A DNA stretch of 32,000 nt, from NCBI RefSeq assembly GCF_004102945.1, contig NZ_CP019384.1, forward strand, positions 810,001-842,000. The letters are read 5' to 3'. Shown here piece after piece: positions 17,325 through 24,266 of the stretch. The DNA comes from Candidatus Velamenicoccus archaeovorus (lineage in GTDB: Bacteria > Omnitrophota > Gorgyraeia > Velamenicoccales > Velamenicoccaceae). A program made the translations under genes and the position numbers. The notes under the pieces are model-generated. The model saw only the letters and a program-made list of their open reading frames with translations, was not told the origin of the DNA and did no database searches. Numbering within the stretch: the stretch's first letter is position 1; the number at the start of each line of letters is the position of its first letter.

Positions 17325-17946
17325 ATCGAATCTCGTCGAGATAGAATGTGCAGCCTTTCGGGTTGCCGTCCAGGTTGGCCGACCAGGCAAATCCGCCGAT
17401 GATATGGGACAGGTCTTTGCCCCGCAGGTCGATACTGTATTGTTTCCATTCCGGCGTTAAGACGACGGGTCCGATGCCGGCCGTATCGGAATCCGGGTAG
17501 GGACCCGAGATTCCTCCCATCTTGAATTCTTCGATCCTTTCGCCTCCCCTCTCTCCACGGGCCCAGAAGGTGAGGCGGGATACGCCTCGCAGGTCGACGC
17601 CGGCGTTTTCCTTGCTTCCCCAGTTGTTGGCCGGGTTTTGCCAGTATATCCCGGCCCAGCGGGCGCCGCTGGAGGCCCTGTTCGAATAGCTGATCTTGAT
17701 GCACGTGTCGCCGGCGTAGACATCATCGGACCAGCCGTTATCCAGCGTCAGGTCCGCATAATCCCCCATCCAGCCGGATGGAATGAAAAAGTTGCTGTTC
17801 GCGGCGCCTTTGTCGGAATAAACATAGAAGAGCTTGACGGCCGCCTTCTGTTCCTGTGCAGCGGATTGTGTCGCGACGCTTCCACAGAGAGTCACCGCCA
17901 CCAGCAGTCCGAAACAGAAACCGGAAATTATTTTTGGATTCATCAT
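17317..17946 (-). CDS. secreted beta-rich protein, possible carbohydrate-binding-module-like fold
   Basis: ATGATG at 17946 is preceded by GAGGGAGGA. Signal peptide ISGFCFGLLVAVTLCGSVATQSAAQ. W/Y/G-rich repeat-free domain (GWMGDYADLTLDNGW...IYWQNPANNWG). The fold assignment is tentative. Confidence 0.55.
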   Translation of the reverse strand: MMNPKIISGFCFGLLVAVTLCGSVATQSAAQEQKAAVKLFYVYSDKGAANSNFFIPSGWMGDYADLTLDNGWSDDVYAGDTCIKISYSNRASSGARWAGIYWQNPANNWGSKENAGVDLRGVSRLTFWARGERGGERIEEFKMGGISGPYPDSDTAGIGPVVLTPEWKQYSIDLRGKDLSHIIGGFAWSANLDGNPKGCTFYLDEIRYE

Positions 17947-17966
17947 ATCCTCCCTCGGTTCTCCAT

Positions 17967-18296
17967 TCAAATCTTCGCCTGCTTGATCAGTTGGCGGTAA
18001 TAGTCCATGCATTTCGGACAGGCGCCTTGTCCTTCTTTCCATTCCGGATGGTCCCGGCGGATCAGCTCGATGAGATATTCTTCCGTCTTGACGTGCGTTA
18101 ATGCCGTTTTTTCGTCGATCTGTCTGCTACAGATCGGGCAGACGTAAACGGAGGACGGCCCGGCGTCTGCACCCTTGGCGGCGCATTTGTTGCAGAGGTC
18201 GGAATCTTTAGCGCTTCGTTCCAGACGTAGGATGTTTTTGAGGATGCGGGCCCACCGGCCCTCCAGCGGAATGTTGCATACACGACAGCGTTTCAT
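17967..18296 (-). CDS. double zinc-ribbon protein (four CxxC pairs)
   Basis: 109-aa ORF with CRVC, CNKC, CPIC and CPKC. RBS is GGGAGGG. No known family recognised. Confidence 0.6.
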   Translation of the reverse strand: MKRCRVCNIPLEGRWARILKNILRLERSAKDSDLCNKCAAKGADAGPSSVYVCPICSRQIDEKTALTHVKTEEYLIELIRRDHPEWKEGQGACPKCMDYYRQLIKQAKI

Positions 18297-18317
18297 GAAC
18301 CCTCCCTGATTTTGCCT

Positions 18318-18345
18318 ATAGTAAGGTTTTTACCTTCAAAATCAA
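18318..18345 (-). promoter_or_regulatory. candidate sigma70 promoter for the zinc-ribbon gene
   Basis: Minus strand reads TTGATT-16 nt-TACTAT, about 22 nt upstream of the ATG at 18296. Confidence 0.35.
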
Positions 18346-18493
18346 CCCTGCCCGTCTCTTGGACGAACTCGCGAAGAAAATTTTTACCGAGCGGCCGGCT
18401 AGCAAAGCTGGTCAGGCCCTCATGGAAAAAATTTTCGAGTGTTTGAGCAAGAGATAAATGTTTATCCCTTGTTTGAATTTGTTTTCCAATAAA

Positions 18494-19699
18494 TTATTCC
18501 TTCGTATGGCGAAATGACGGTTGATGGTCGATAAGCCGTTTGACATCGGCCTCTTCCACAAAACCCATGGAAACAGCGGCTTCGCCCAGGCGTTGTCCTG
18601 TCGTCCAGTGATAGTGCAGCGTTTCATTGAGCTGCGTTTCGTTCAAAAGATGGGTTTCCAGCATGATCTGGCCGATCGGCTTGCAGGATTTAAGAAGGGG
18701 ATGATGTTTCCTGAGTTCCAGAGAATATTCTTCCTGAAGGTTTTTGCGTTCGTGCAATCCCGCATCTGTGACACGGCGGTTGACCAAATAGTTGCTTGTG
18801 CGGTGTTTTTTAAGGAAATTTTTGATTTCGAAAGCGACTTCGATGAGCTGGAAGATGGATGCGATTTTGAAATTGCGGTTATTGACGATGGCGATGGACA
18901 ACCCCATGAGCGAGATGTCCGTCAGCCGCCCCGTGCGGTCCTTGGCCTTGATGTGTCCGTTTTGCCTGTCTTGTGCCGAATAATGCAGCGGGATCAGGCG
19001 GTCGAACTCGCCGATGCACTCCTGGGCGACGATCTCTTCTCTCTGCGGTGTCGTCACATAAACGAAATCGTCGCCGCCGACATGACCGACAAAATCGTCG
19101 CTGTTGCCGAATTTCTTGACGGCCGATGTCAGGATTTTAGCTGTCTGGAGGATGACGCGGTCTCCTGCGATATATCCATATTTGTCATTGAAGGCCTTGA
19201 AATTATTGATGTCCACGTATGCAAAGGAGAATATTTTGTTGTTTTCAATGTGGTCCTTCACCAGTTTTTCGATGGATTTGTTCCCGGGGAGTTTCGTCAG
19301 CGCGTTGGCATGAAATTGGTGCGCAGCGCTGCGCAAGGACAGGGCGATGCGGATTTCGAGGTCGATAGGGTCAGGCGGTTTGATCAGGAAGTCGTCGACG
19401 CCCTGTTCGATCTCAAGAAGGTTGCGGCGCAATTGTTTTTTTTCGATCAGGATGATGATGGGAATGTAGGAGGTGACAAAGTCGTGCTTTAACATTTTGC
19501 AGAGCTTCAGGCCGTCGGCCGCTGTGAGATGGGCGTCGATCACGATCAAGTCGGGGCAGCGCTGGGCGGCGGTCGGCAAGGCCTGATTTCCGTCGGAACA
19601 GGCGAAGACGTCGTAGTTCCAGGCTTTCAGGAGATATGTGAGGATTTTTTCCAGCCCCTGGTCTTCAATGACGAGGAGGATTTTTTTATTTTTCGACAT
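18494..19699 (-). CDS. response regulator: REC + GGDEF-family domain (GGDDF variant) + C-terminal MshEN-like c-di-GMP-binding motif pair
   Basis: 401-aa ORF. REC: ILLVIEDQ, LIVIDAHLTAADG, IPIIILIE and FLIKP. GGDEF domain: FAYVDINNFKAFNDKYGYIAGDRVL...FVGHVGGDDFVYV. The C-terminal 55 aa are PIGQIMLETHLLNETQLNETLHYH-WTTGQ-RLGEAAVSMGFVEEADVKRLIDHQ. Confidence 0.85.
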   Translation of the reverse strand: MSKNKKILLVIEDQGLEKILTYLLKAWNYDVFACSDGNQALPTAAQRCPDLIVIDAHLTAADGLKLCKMLKHDFVTSYIPIIILIEKKQLRRNLLEIEQGVDDFLIKPPDPIDLEIRIALSLRSAAHQFHANALTKLPGNKSIEKLVKDHIENNKIFSFAYVDINNFKAFNDKYGYIAGDRVILQTAKILTSAVKKFGNSDDFVGHVGGDDFVYVTTPQREEIVAQECIGEFDRLIPLHYSAQDRQNGHIKAKDRTGRLTDISLMGLSIAIVNNRNFKIASIFQLIEVAFEIKNFLKKHRTSNYLVNRRVTDAGLHERKNLQEEYSLELRKHHPLLKSCKPIGQIMLETHLLNETQLNETLHYHWTTGQRLGEAAVSMGFVEEADVKRLIDHQPSFRHTKE

Positions 19700-19700
19700 A

Positions 19701-20027
19701 TCACTGTCTTATGGTCGCATAATACAGGAAGATGACACCTGCCGTGATGATGCTGACCGTGCGGAAGACGCCGATGCTGAAGCTCGAGGCCTCCTGCGAG
19801 AAAGTCGTCAAGAGCAGGTTGTCTATGCGGAGATAAAAGATGAAGAGCAAGGATATTGTCAGACAGAATGACAGGATTTTTTTAGGCATCCATTTGCGCA
19901 AGACAGCAAGATAAAAGACCAGGAGTACGCCGCCGGCGATATAGAGATTGACGCTTTTGCAAAAGGCGACGACAAGCACGGCGGTCTCATAGACCTGGTT
20001 CTTGAGTTCGAAGAAAATATTATCCAT
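19701..20027 (-). CDS. hypothetical integral membrane protein
   Basis: 108-aa ORF with 3 hydrophobic segments. Its stop is 1 nt before the REC-GGDEF start. Its ATG overlaps the upstream stop by 8 nt. Confidence 0.5.
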   Translation of the reverse strand: MDNIFFELKNQVYETAVLVVAFCKSVNLYIAGGVLLVFYLAVLRKWMPKKILSFCLTISLLFIFYLRIDNLLLTTFSQEASSFSIGVFRTVSIITAGVIFLYYATIRQ

Positions 20028-20274
20028 TTTTCCTCCGGAAGGCCCACATGAGAAGGCCGCAGATGGGGATGGCGAGGCCTTCGTATAAAAGGATTTTGTC
20101 CCAGTGGAGCCTGACGGCGCCGCGAGACCTTTCGTAGAGAGAGCTGGTTTGTTCGGTGATGATGTAATTGTCGCCGCCGATGGCGGTCACTTTGTAGCGG
20201 GGCGTGAACCAGGCGATGAGGATGAGGGCCAAAATTCCAGCGACTAAAACGATAAGCTGTTTTTTATTCATCAT
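20020..20274 (-). CDS. small bitopic membrane protein
   Basis: ATGATG at 20274 (MMNKKQLIVLVAGILALILIAWF...) is preceded by AGAGGAAAA. 84 aa. Confidence 0.5.
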   Translation of the reverse strand: MMNKKQLIVLVAGILALILIAWFTPRYKVTAIGGDNYIITEQTSSLYERSRGAVRLHWDKILLYEGLAIPICGLLMWAFRRKNG

Positions 20275-20290
20275 TTTTCCTCTTGTGATA

Positions 20291-20319
20291 AGTCTATCTA
20301 AAAGAATAAGATGTGTCAA
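20291..20319 (-). promoter_or_regulatory. candidate sigma70 promoter for the membrane-protein/REC-GGDEF operon
   Basis: Minus strand reads TTGACA-17 nt-TAGACT (ttgacacatcttattcttttagatagact), 16 nt upstream of the ATG at 20274. Confidence 0.4.
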
Positions 20320-20330
20320 TCATTCTTTAA

Positions 20331-20402
20331 TCGAGCCGCAGAATGCGGCGAAGATTAGACCCTTCCTTTATGTAGAATGAGGAAGGTCTACCCTTTCTGG
20401 GT
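20331..20402 (+). repeat. 72-nt direct repeat copy 1 (three hairpins), written on the + strand
   Basis: tcga GCCGCA-gaa-TGCGGC gaagat TAGACCcTTCC-14 nt-GGAAGGTCTA CCC-tttct-GGGT. Near-identical to 20537..20607, including an identical first 43 nt. Confidence 0.85.
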
Positions 20403-20403
20403 A

Positions 20404-20481
20404 ACCCCGCAGAGTATCGGAAAAATTTAGTGCCCGGCAGCCCTGGGCGAGAAATTTTTACGATATCTTACGATACGGGGT
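20404..20481 (+). repeat. long imperfect hairpin X1 (homologous to 24122..24234)
   Basis: ACCCCG(caga)GTATCG GAAAAATTT ag tGCCCGG-cagcc-CTGGGC gag AAATTTTTAC ... CGATAC CGGGGT. The arms pair along almost the whole length. Confidence 0.7.
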
Positions 20482-20536
20482 CATCCAGGAAAGAAACCCC
20501 TAAGCCCCGGACTTTAGTCCGGCGGAGAGATTCCAC

Positions 20537-20607
20537 TCGAGCCGCAGAATGCGGCGAAGATTAGACCCTTCCTTTATGTGGAATGCGGGGGTCTACCCTT
20601 TCCGGGT
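20537..20607 (+). repeat. direct repeat copy 2 (71 nt)
   Basis: Same as copy 1, except the distal stem is degraded (TAGACCC...GGGTCTA only) and the small-hairpin loop is tttcc instead of tttct. Confidence 0.85.
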
Positions 20608-20656
20608 TAGACCCTCCGTTTAGAGGAAGACGGAGGTCTACCCTTTCTGGGTTAGA
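20608..20656 (+). repeat. hairpin module with a different, complementary stem
   Basis: TAGACCcTCCGT-ttagaggaag-ACGGAGGTCTA CCC-tttct-GGGT TAGA. It has the same flanks as the other copies but stem TCCGT/ACGGA instead of TTCC/GGAA. Confidence 0.8.
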
Positions 20657-20712
20657 TCTTTCCTTGGCTCAGGTTTTTATGTTTTTGCGAGTATATTTTT
20701 GCGAGATGGAGA

Positions 20713-21858
20713 TCAGGCGGCAGCGAACACCTGTTTGATAAGCATCGTGGCGTAACAACCGCGCGGCAGCGTGAAGGCAAGCGTCAGATCCTCCCTCTCT
20801 TTTTCCGTTTCTCCGCGGCTGAAAGTATAGGTCATGTCTTCCGGAATGGCCTGGATGGTCCTATCGATGCTTTTAAAATAGGCCTGCCTGATTTTTGTCA
20901 GGTTGAAGATGGAGGTTTTCAGTCCTTTTTCTTGCAGGAGCTCATGGTACGTCTCTGCGGTTTTATTGTCTGCCATGAGCATTTTGGAAGATATCGTCGG
21001 GATGACGCCCGTTATTTCGGCTCCTTCTTCAGCAAAAAGATAGTCTCCTGCCAAGCCTGGATATCTGCTGGTGATCTTTGCTGTGCGGCGGATGAGCCGC
21101 CGCAGGACTTCATTCCAAAGGAAGGCCTGAAAGGAGGCAAAATGGAAAGCAAGCTCGCCGGCGGGGATCTTGCGTAAGAGCGCAAGGAAGTCTTTCGGGT
21201 GTTCAGAGAGGTGTGACAGCCATCCCTTTTCCGTGCGGCTGGCGGCTTCTTTGAGGCATAGCGTCCATTCCCCCCAATGTTCGAAGAAGAATGCCTTGCG
21301 CCGGACGTCCTCTTTTTTGTCTTCGGAAACCCTGTGGGTCAGGTAAAATTTCACGGCACCGTTGAAATGTTTTCTGATGATCTTTTCTGCTAGGAAGCCC
21401 TGGGCAGGATCAAAGGGGCCGAACCGCTGGTCGTCAAAATAATTGAAAAAGCCCTTGCGGGGAATTTCCTTGAGCCTCGGCACGGCCTTCTCTTTTTCGT
21501 GCCGGTTTACGTTGCGGACGACGATACGGAACTTGTTTGCCGCGATGAGGTCCGGTCCCATGGGGCGATCGAGATATCCTGCTGTCTCGAGGCGGAATTT
21601 CGGCGTCTTGGTGTGCAGGGACGCAACGGCCCCCTTGACCGTGATGAACTGGGTGGCGCAGGCGTGTTTGTCTTTGCGGCCGCCGTAGGAGATGTCTGCC
21701 AGGGGTTTGCGGAGGCGTGCAGCGATCTCTTGGACGGCATCAAGGGTGTTGCACTGGCGTTTGATGAGGCGTAGCAGCGTGTAGGGGCCGTTTTTTTTCG
21801 GCGCGCCAGCGAGTATTTCTTCGACGACAAAATCTTCCGGCCTAGCCTTGATTTTCAT
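20713..21858 (-). CDS. truD: tRNA pseudouridine(13) synthase
   Basis: 381-aa ORF. N-terminal KARPEDFVVEE and the catalytic-Asp motif YGGRKDKHA (GxKD) are typical of TruD. Confidence 0.9.
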   Translation of the reverse strand: MKIKARPEDFVVEEILAGAPKKNGPYTLLRLIKRQCNTLDAVQEIAARLRKPLADISYGGRKDKHACATQFITVKGAVASLHTKTPKFRLETAGYLDRPMGPDLIAANKFRIVVRNVNRHEKEKAVPRLKEIPRKGFFNYFDDQRFGPFDPAQGFLAEKIIRKHFNGAVKFYLTHRVSEDKKEDVRRKAFFFEHWGEWTLCLKEAASRTEKGWLSHLSEHPKDFLALLRKIPAGELAFHFASFQAFLWNEVLRRLIRRTAKITSRYPGLAGDYLFAEEGAEITGVIPTISSKMLMADNKTAETYHELLQEKGLKTSIFNLTKIRQAYFKSIDRTIQAIPEDMTYTFSRGETEKEREDLTLAFTLPRGCYATMLIKQVFAAA

Positions 21859-22032
21859 CTCAACAGACCTTTCGACGAGCGTTTTTATCCCGTTTCCAGA
21901 ATGCCCCGCCTGTAAAGGGAGAGATTGGCGGTGCTCGAAGACACCGCCATAGGCATCCGGGCGGGATTACCTGTCCGTCCTGGCCTCGACGGGATCCCGA
22001 AAACAGAGAGGTCCAGCGGGATTCATGGCACG

Positions 22033-22992
22033 TCAGGTATTTCTTTTGATGTGGGTTCCCGCAAAACGCTGGAGGCCGCCGGACTCTTGGATCCAGCCGT
22101 TGTTCAAACCAAATTTTTTGAGGTTTGCCGCTGCTTCTTCGAATTCTTCCAGACGCAGACGCCTGTCGAGAGGGGGATGTTTGTCTGCCAGATAGGCCGG
22201 AAAGTACTGGCTCATGAGACTTACATACGTTTCGCATGAGATTTCTTCGGCGATAAACCTGAGGATCTCTTCTGTCCCGCTTATATCTTCCGGCAGGACC
22301 AGATGCCTGATGATCATGCCCTTGCGGATGCTCCCGTCGTCGTTAAAAATGGCGGCACCGGCCTGTCTGTGCATTTCTTTTATGGCCTCGCGATTGACGG
22401 CAGGATAGTCGGCCGCGCCGGAAAATATCCGCGCCGCTTCTTCGTTTGAGTAACGCATGTCCGGCAAATAGATGTCCACGATGCCTTCGAGGATCTTGAG
22501 GGTTTCCGGGAGCTCATAGCCCGACGTGTTGTAGACGATGGGGATGTCCAGGCCGTCACCGACGGCCAAGAGGAGCGCTTCGAGGATCTGGGGCATGACA
22601 TGGGTGGGCGTGACCACGTTGATGTTGTGGCACCCTTCTTTTTGGAGTGAGAGCATGCCATCTGCCAATTCCCGCGCCTCCATGGGTCTCCCTTCGTCTT
22701 TCTGGCTGAACTGGTAGTTTTGACAATAGAGACAACGGAGATTACAGCGGGAAAAAAAGATGGTTCCTGAGCCGCGTTCACCTGAGATCGGCGGTTCTTC
22801 GCCGTGATGGGCGAAATAGCTGCAGGTAACGGCCAGCCGTCCTGTGCGGCAGAAACCTTGTTCGTCGCGCAGCCTGTTCGTTCCGCATCTCCTGGGGCAG
22901 ATCATGCAGTGTTCCAGCATCCGCAGGGCTTCCTTGGATTTTTGGGCCAGCACCCCCTGTTTATACGCATCGATATAACTGGGATACGCCAT
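22033..22992 (-). CDS. radical SAM protein, PflX/PflA-activase-like family
   Basis: 319-aa ORF. N-terminal CPRRCGTNR...GFC cysteine cluster plus CNLRCLYCQN (CxxxCxxC). Confidence 0.85.
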   Translation of the reverse strand: MAYPSYIDAYKQGVLAQKSKEALRMLEHCMICPRRCGTNRLRDEQGFCRTGRLAVTCSYFAHHGEEPPISGERGSGTIFFSRCNLRCLYCQNYQFSQKDEGRPMEARELADGMLSLQKEGCHNINVVTPTHVMPQILEALLLAVGDGLDIPIVYNTSGYELPETLKILEGIVDIYLPDMRYSNEEAARIFSGAADYPAVNREAIKEMHRQAGAAIFNDDGSIRKGMIIRHLVLPEDISGTEEILRFIAEEISCETYVSLMSQYFPAYLADKHPPLDRRLRLEEFEEAAANLKKFGLNNGWIQESGGLQRFAGTHIKRNT

Positions 22993-23521
22993 ATTTTTTT
23001 TCTATCTGTTGTTTGTATGTTTTTCTGACTTCGTTGAAAAAAGCGATATGGGATTCTTGGCGGTAATCGGGATATGTCCATTCCAGGGGTGCAAAGGTAT
23101 GGCCGCGGAAAACGAGAGTCACTTCTTCAAAGATGCCTTGGCGGAGATAGATGCGGTGGCTGTGGTTTTTTGTGGTCGCCAAAACGAGTTTTGCCAGGCT
23201 GATGTAACCGGGGTCGATGTTGACGGTTCTTTTCTGGGCTCCACGGAATGGCCTGATTTCCAGGCTGTTCGTCCATTGTTTGATCGCAGCCAATGTGTCC
23301 GCTGCGATGAGCCTTTCAAAAGACAGAAACTGCCGCCGTAAGCCTTCGCCTAGCTCCCTTTCGTAATAATGGGTCTGGTCGAAAGCAAAAACGGCCGATG
23401 TCCTATCGGCGCGCCCAAAACGCCTTTCAAGGAATTTGCGGGCGCATTCAAGCCGTTCGGTGTCTTTTGCGATCAGGCCTGTGATGAGCTTTGCGGGGAG
23501 GGACCTTAAAGGGGTGCCCAT
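22961..23521 (-). CDS. DUF4416-like protein
   Basis: 186-aa ORF. NIDPGYISLAKLVLATTKNHSHRIYLRQGIFEEVTL...WTYPDYR matches my memory of the DUF4416 family (unverified). Its 3' end overlaps the radical SAM start by 32 nt. Confidence 0.6.
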   Translation of the reverse strand: MGTPLRSLPAKLITGLIAKDTERLECARKFLERRFGRADRTSAVFAFDQTHYYERELGEGLRRQFLSFERLIAADTLAAIKQWTNSLEIRPFRGAQKRTVNIDPGYISLAKLVLATTKNHSHRIYLRQGIFEEVTLVFRGHTFAPLEWTYPDYRQESHIAFFNEVRKTYKQQIEKKYGVSQLYRCV

Positions 23522-23525
23522 GAGC

Positions 23526-23921
23526 CTACAGCTGGATCTTCGGGGACGTGCTGAGCGCTGCGTTCTCGACGCAGTGCTTGACGTAGCGGTCGACGAGTTT
23601 CATGTCCGACTTTGATATCTGGTTAAAGTAGATCGCAATGTTGTATTTATTGCTTTCTACCGGGTGAGATGATTTTTCGATGCGCACCACCGTCCCTTCG
23701 CAGGTGATGTGCTTGGAGTCTTTGAGATTCCTGGATTTCGGCAAAAGAAGCGTGACCCTTAATTTTGTCAGGACGGGGACGTAGCCGTCAATCTCACAAT
23801 AGGCGCCGATACAACTGACGTTTTTTGTTTCGGTGACAAAGTCGGCGTCCCTGTCCTTGATCTTAATGGCCAGGTTCTTGTCGGCCCTGGCGAAACGTCT
23901 TCTTTCCTGCGCAGAAGTCAT
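23526..23921 (-). CDS. PilZ domain protein
   Basis: 131-aa ORF with ERRRFARA (RxxxR) and TKNVSCIGAY (NxSxxG). Confidence 0.75.
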   Translation of the reverse strand: MTSAQERRRFARADKNLAIKIKDRDADFVTETKNVSCIGAYCEIDGYVPVLTKLRVTLLLPKSRNLKDSKHITCEGTVVRIEKSSHPVESNKYNIAIYFNQISKSDMKLVDRYVKHCVENAALSTSPKIQL

Positions 23922-23933
23922 GGTTATTTGGCG

Positions 23934-24086
23934 TTATGCCGCGGGTGCGGCGGCCTTCGCTTTGGAAGCGGTAAAGCATTTTCTGTTGCAATAGAATTTG
24001 CCGTTCCTGTAGTAACGTTTTATTCTTTTTAAGGGTTTATTGCATTTGGCGCAATTGACTTTTTTGGATTCTTTGCTGTCTGCCAC
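23934..24086 (-). CDS. small (50 aa) zinc-ribbon protein, GTG start; absent from the ORF track
   Basis: Minus strand reads TAAGGAGAACAATC-GTG. Translation: (M)ADSKESKKVNCAKCNKPLKRIKRYYRNGKFYCNRKCFTASKAKAAAPAA. It has CxxC...CxxxC and a strong SD. It fills the otherwise empty gap between two PilZ genes. Confidence 0.5.
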   Translation of the reverse strand: MADSKESKKVNCAKCNKPLKRIKRYYRNGKFYCNRKCFTASKAKAAAPAA

Positions 24087-24098
24087 GATTGTTCTCCT

Positions 24099-24121
24099 TA
24101 ACCCTGCCTCCGGCAGGGTTA
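24099..24121 (+). repeat. hairpin related to the ACCC-loop-GGGT modules
   Basis: TAACCCTGC-ctccg-GCAGGGTTA, directly followed by ACCCCG of X2. This is the same junction (GGGT(T)A-ACCCCG) seen at 20399..20409. Confidence 0.6.
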
Positions 24122-24234
24122 ACCCCGAAGCATAACTTGAAAATTTAGTTCTGCCCGTCTGAGCCTGGCCCGGGTTCCGGGCCGAGCGAAGACTGGGTGT
24201 AGAAGAAAATTTTCAAGTTGTCAATGCGAGGGGT
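24122..24234 (+). repeat. long imperfect hairpin X2 (about 50 bp rod)
   Basis: ACCCC gaa GCAT AACTTGAAAATTT ag TTCT GCCCGTCT gagcct GGCCCGG-gtt-CCGGGCC gagcga AGACtGGGT gt AGAA g AAATTTTCAAGTT gtca ATGC ga GGGGT. On the + strand it is followed by ccgTTTgTTTTTaTT. Confidence 0.7.
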
Positions 24235-24266
24235 CCGTTTGTTTTTATTGAGCCACAAAGTTATTC

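Noticed and set aside
20604-20614. Integron attC-like core: GGGTTAGACCC contains GTTAGAC (GTTRRRY), with inverse GGTCTA nearby
   Set aside because: The inverse core is GTCTAC, not RYYYAAC. The hairpin with the right polarity is only 25 nt (attC sites are 57 nt or longer). There are no cassette ORFs and no intI integrase.
20590-20656. CRISPR-like reading: 25-nt palindromic repeats GGTCTACCCTTTCYGGGTTAGACC separated by 20-22-nt spacers (also at 27676..27744)
   Set aside because: There are only two adjacent repeats per locus. The 'spacers' are themselves palindromic and short (20-22 nt) and pair with the repeat flanks. There are no cas genes and no leader.
21878-21894. Shared motif AGCGTTTT(T)ATCCCGTT at 21878..21894 and 24916..24931
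   Set aside because: A 16/17-nt match with one indel is roughly what chance produces in a 32-kb window searched on both strands. There is no supporting third copy or palindromy, so I do not treat it as a binding site.
24122-24234. SRP (4.5S) RNA interpretation of the long hairpin X2
   Set aside because: The apical loop is a 3-nt GTT/AAC loop on a GGCCCGG stem, not a GNAR tetraloop. The conserved asymmetric-loop sequences (AGCA / CAGG) are absent.
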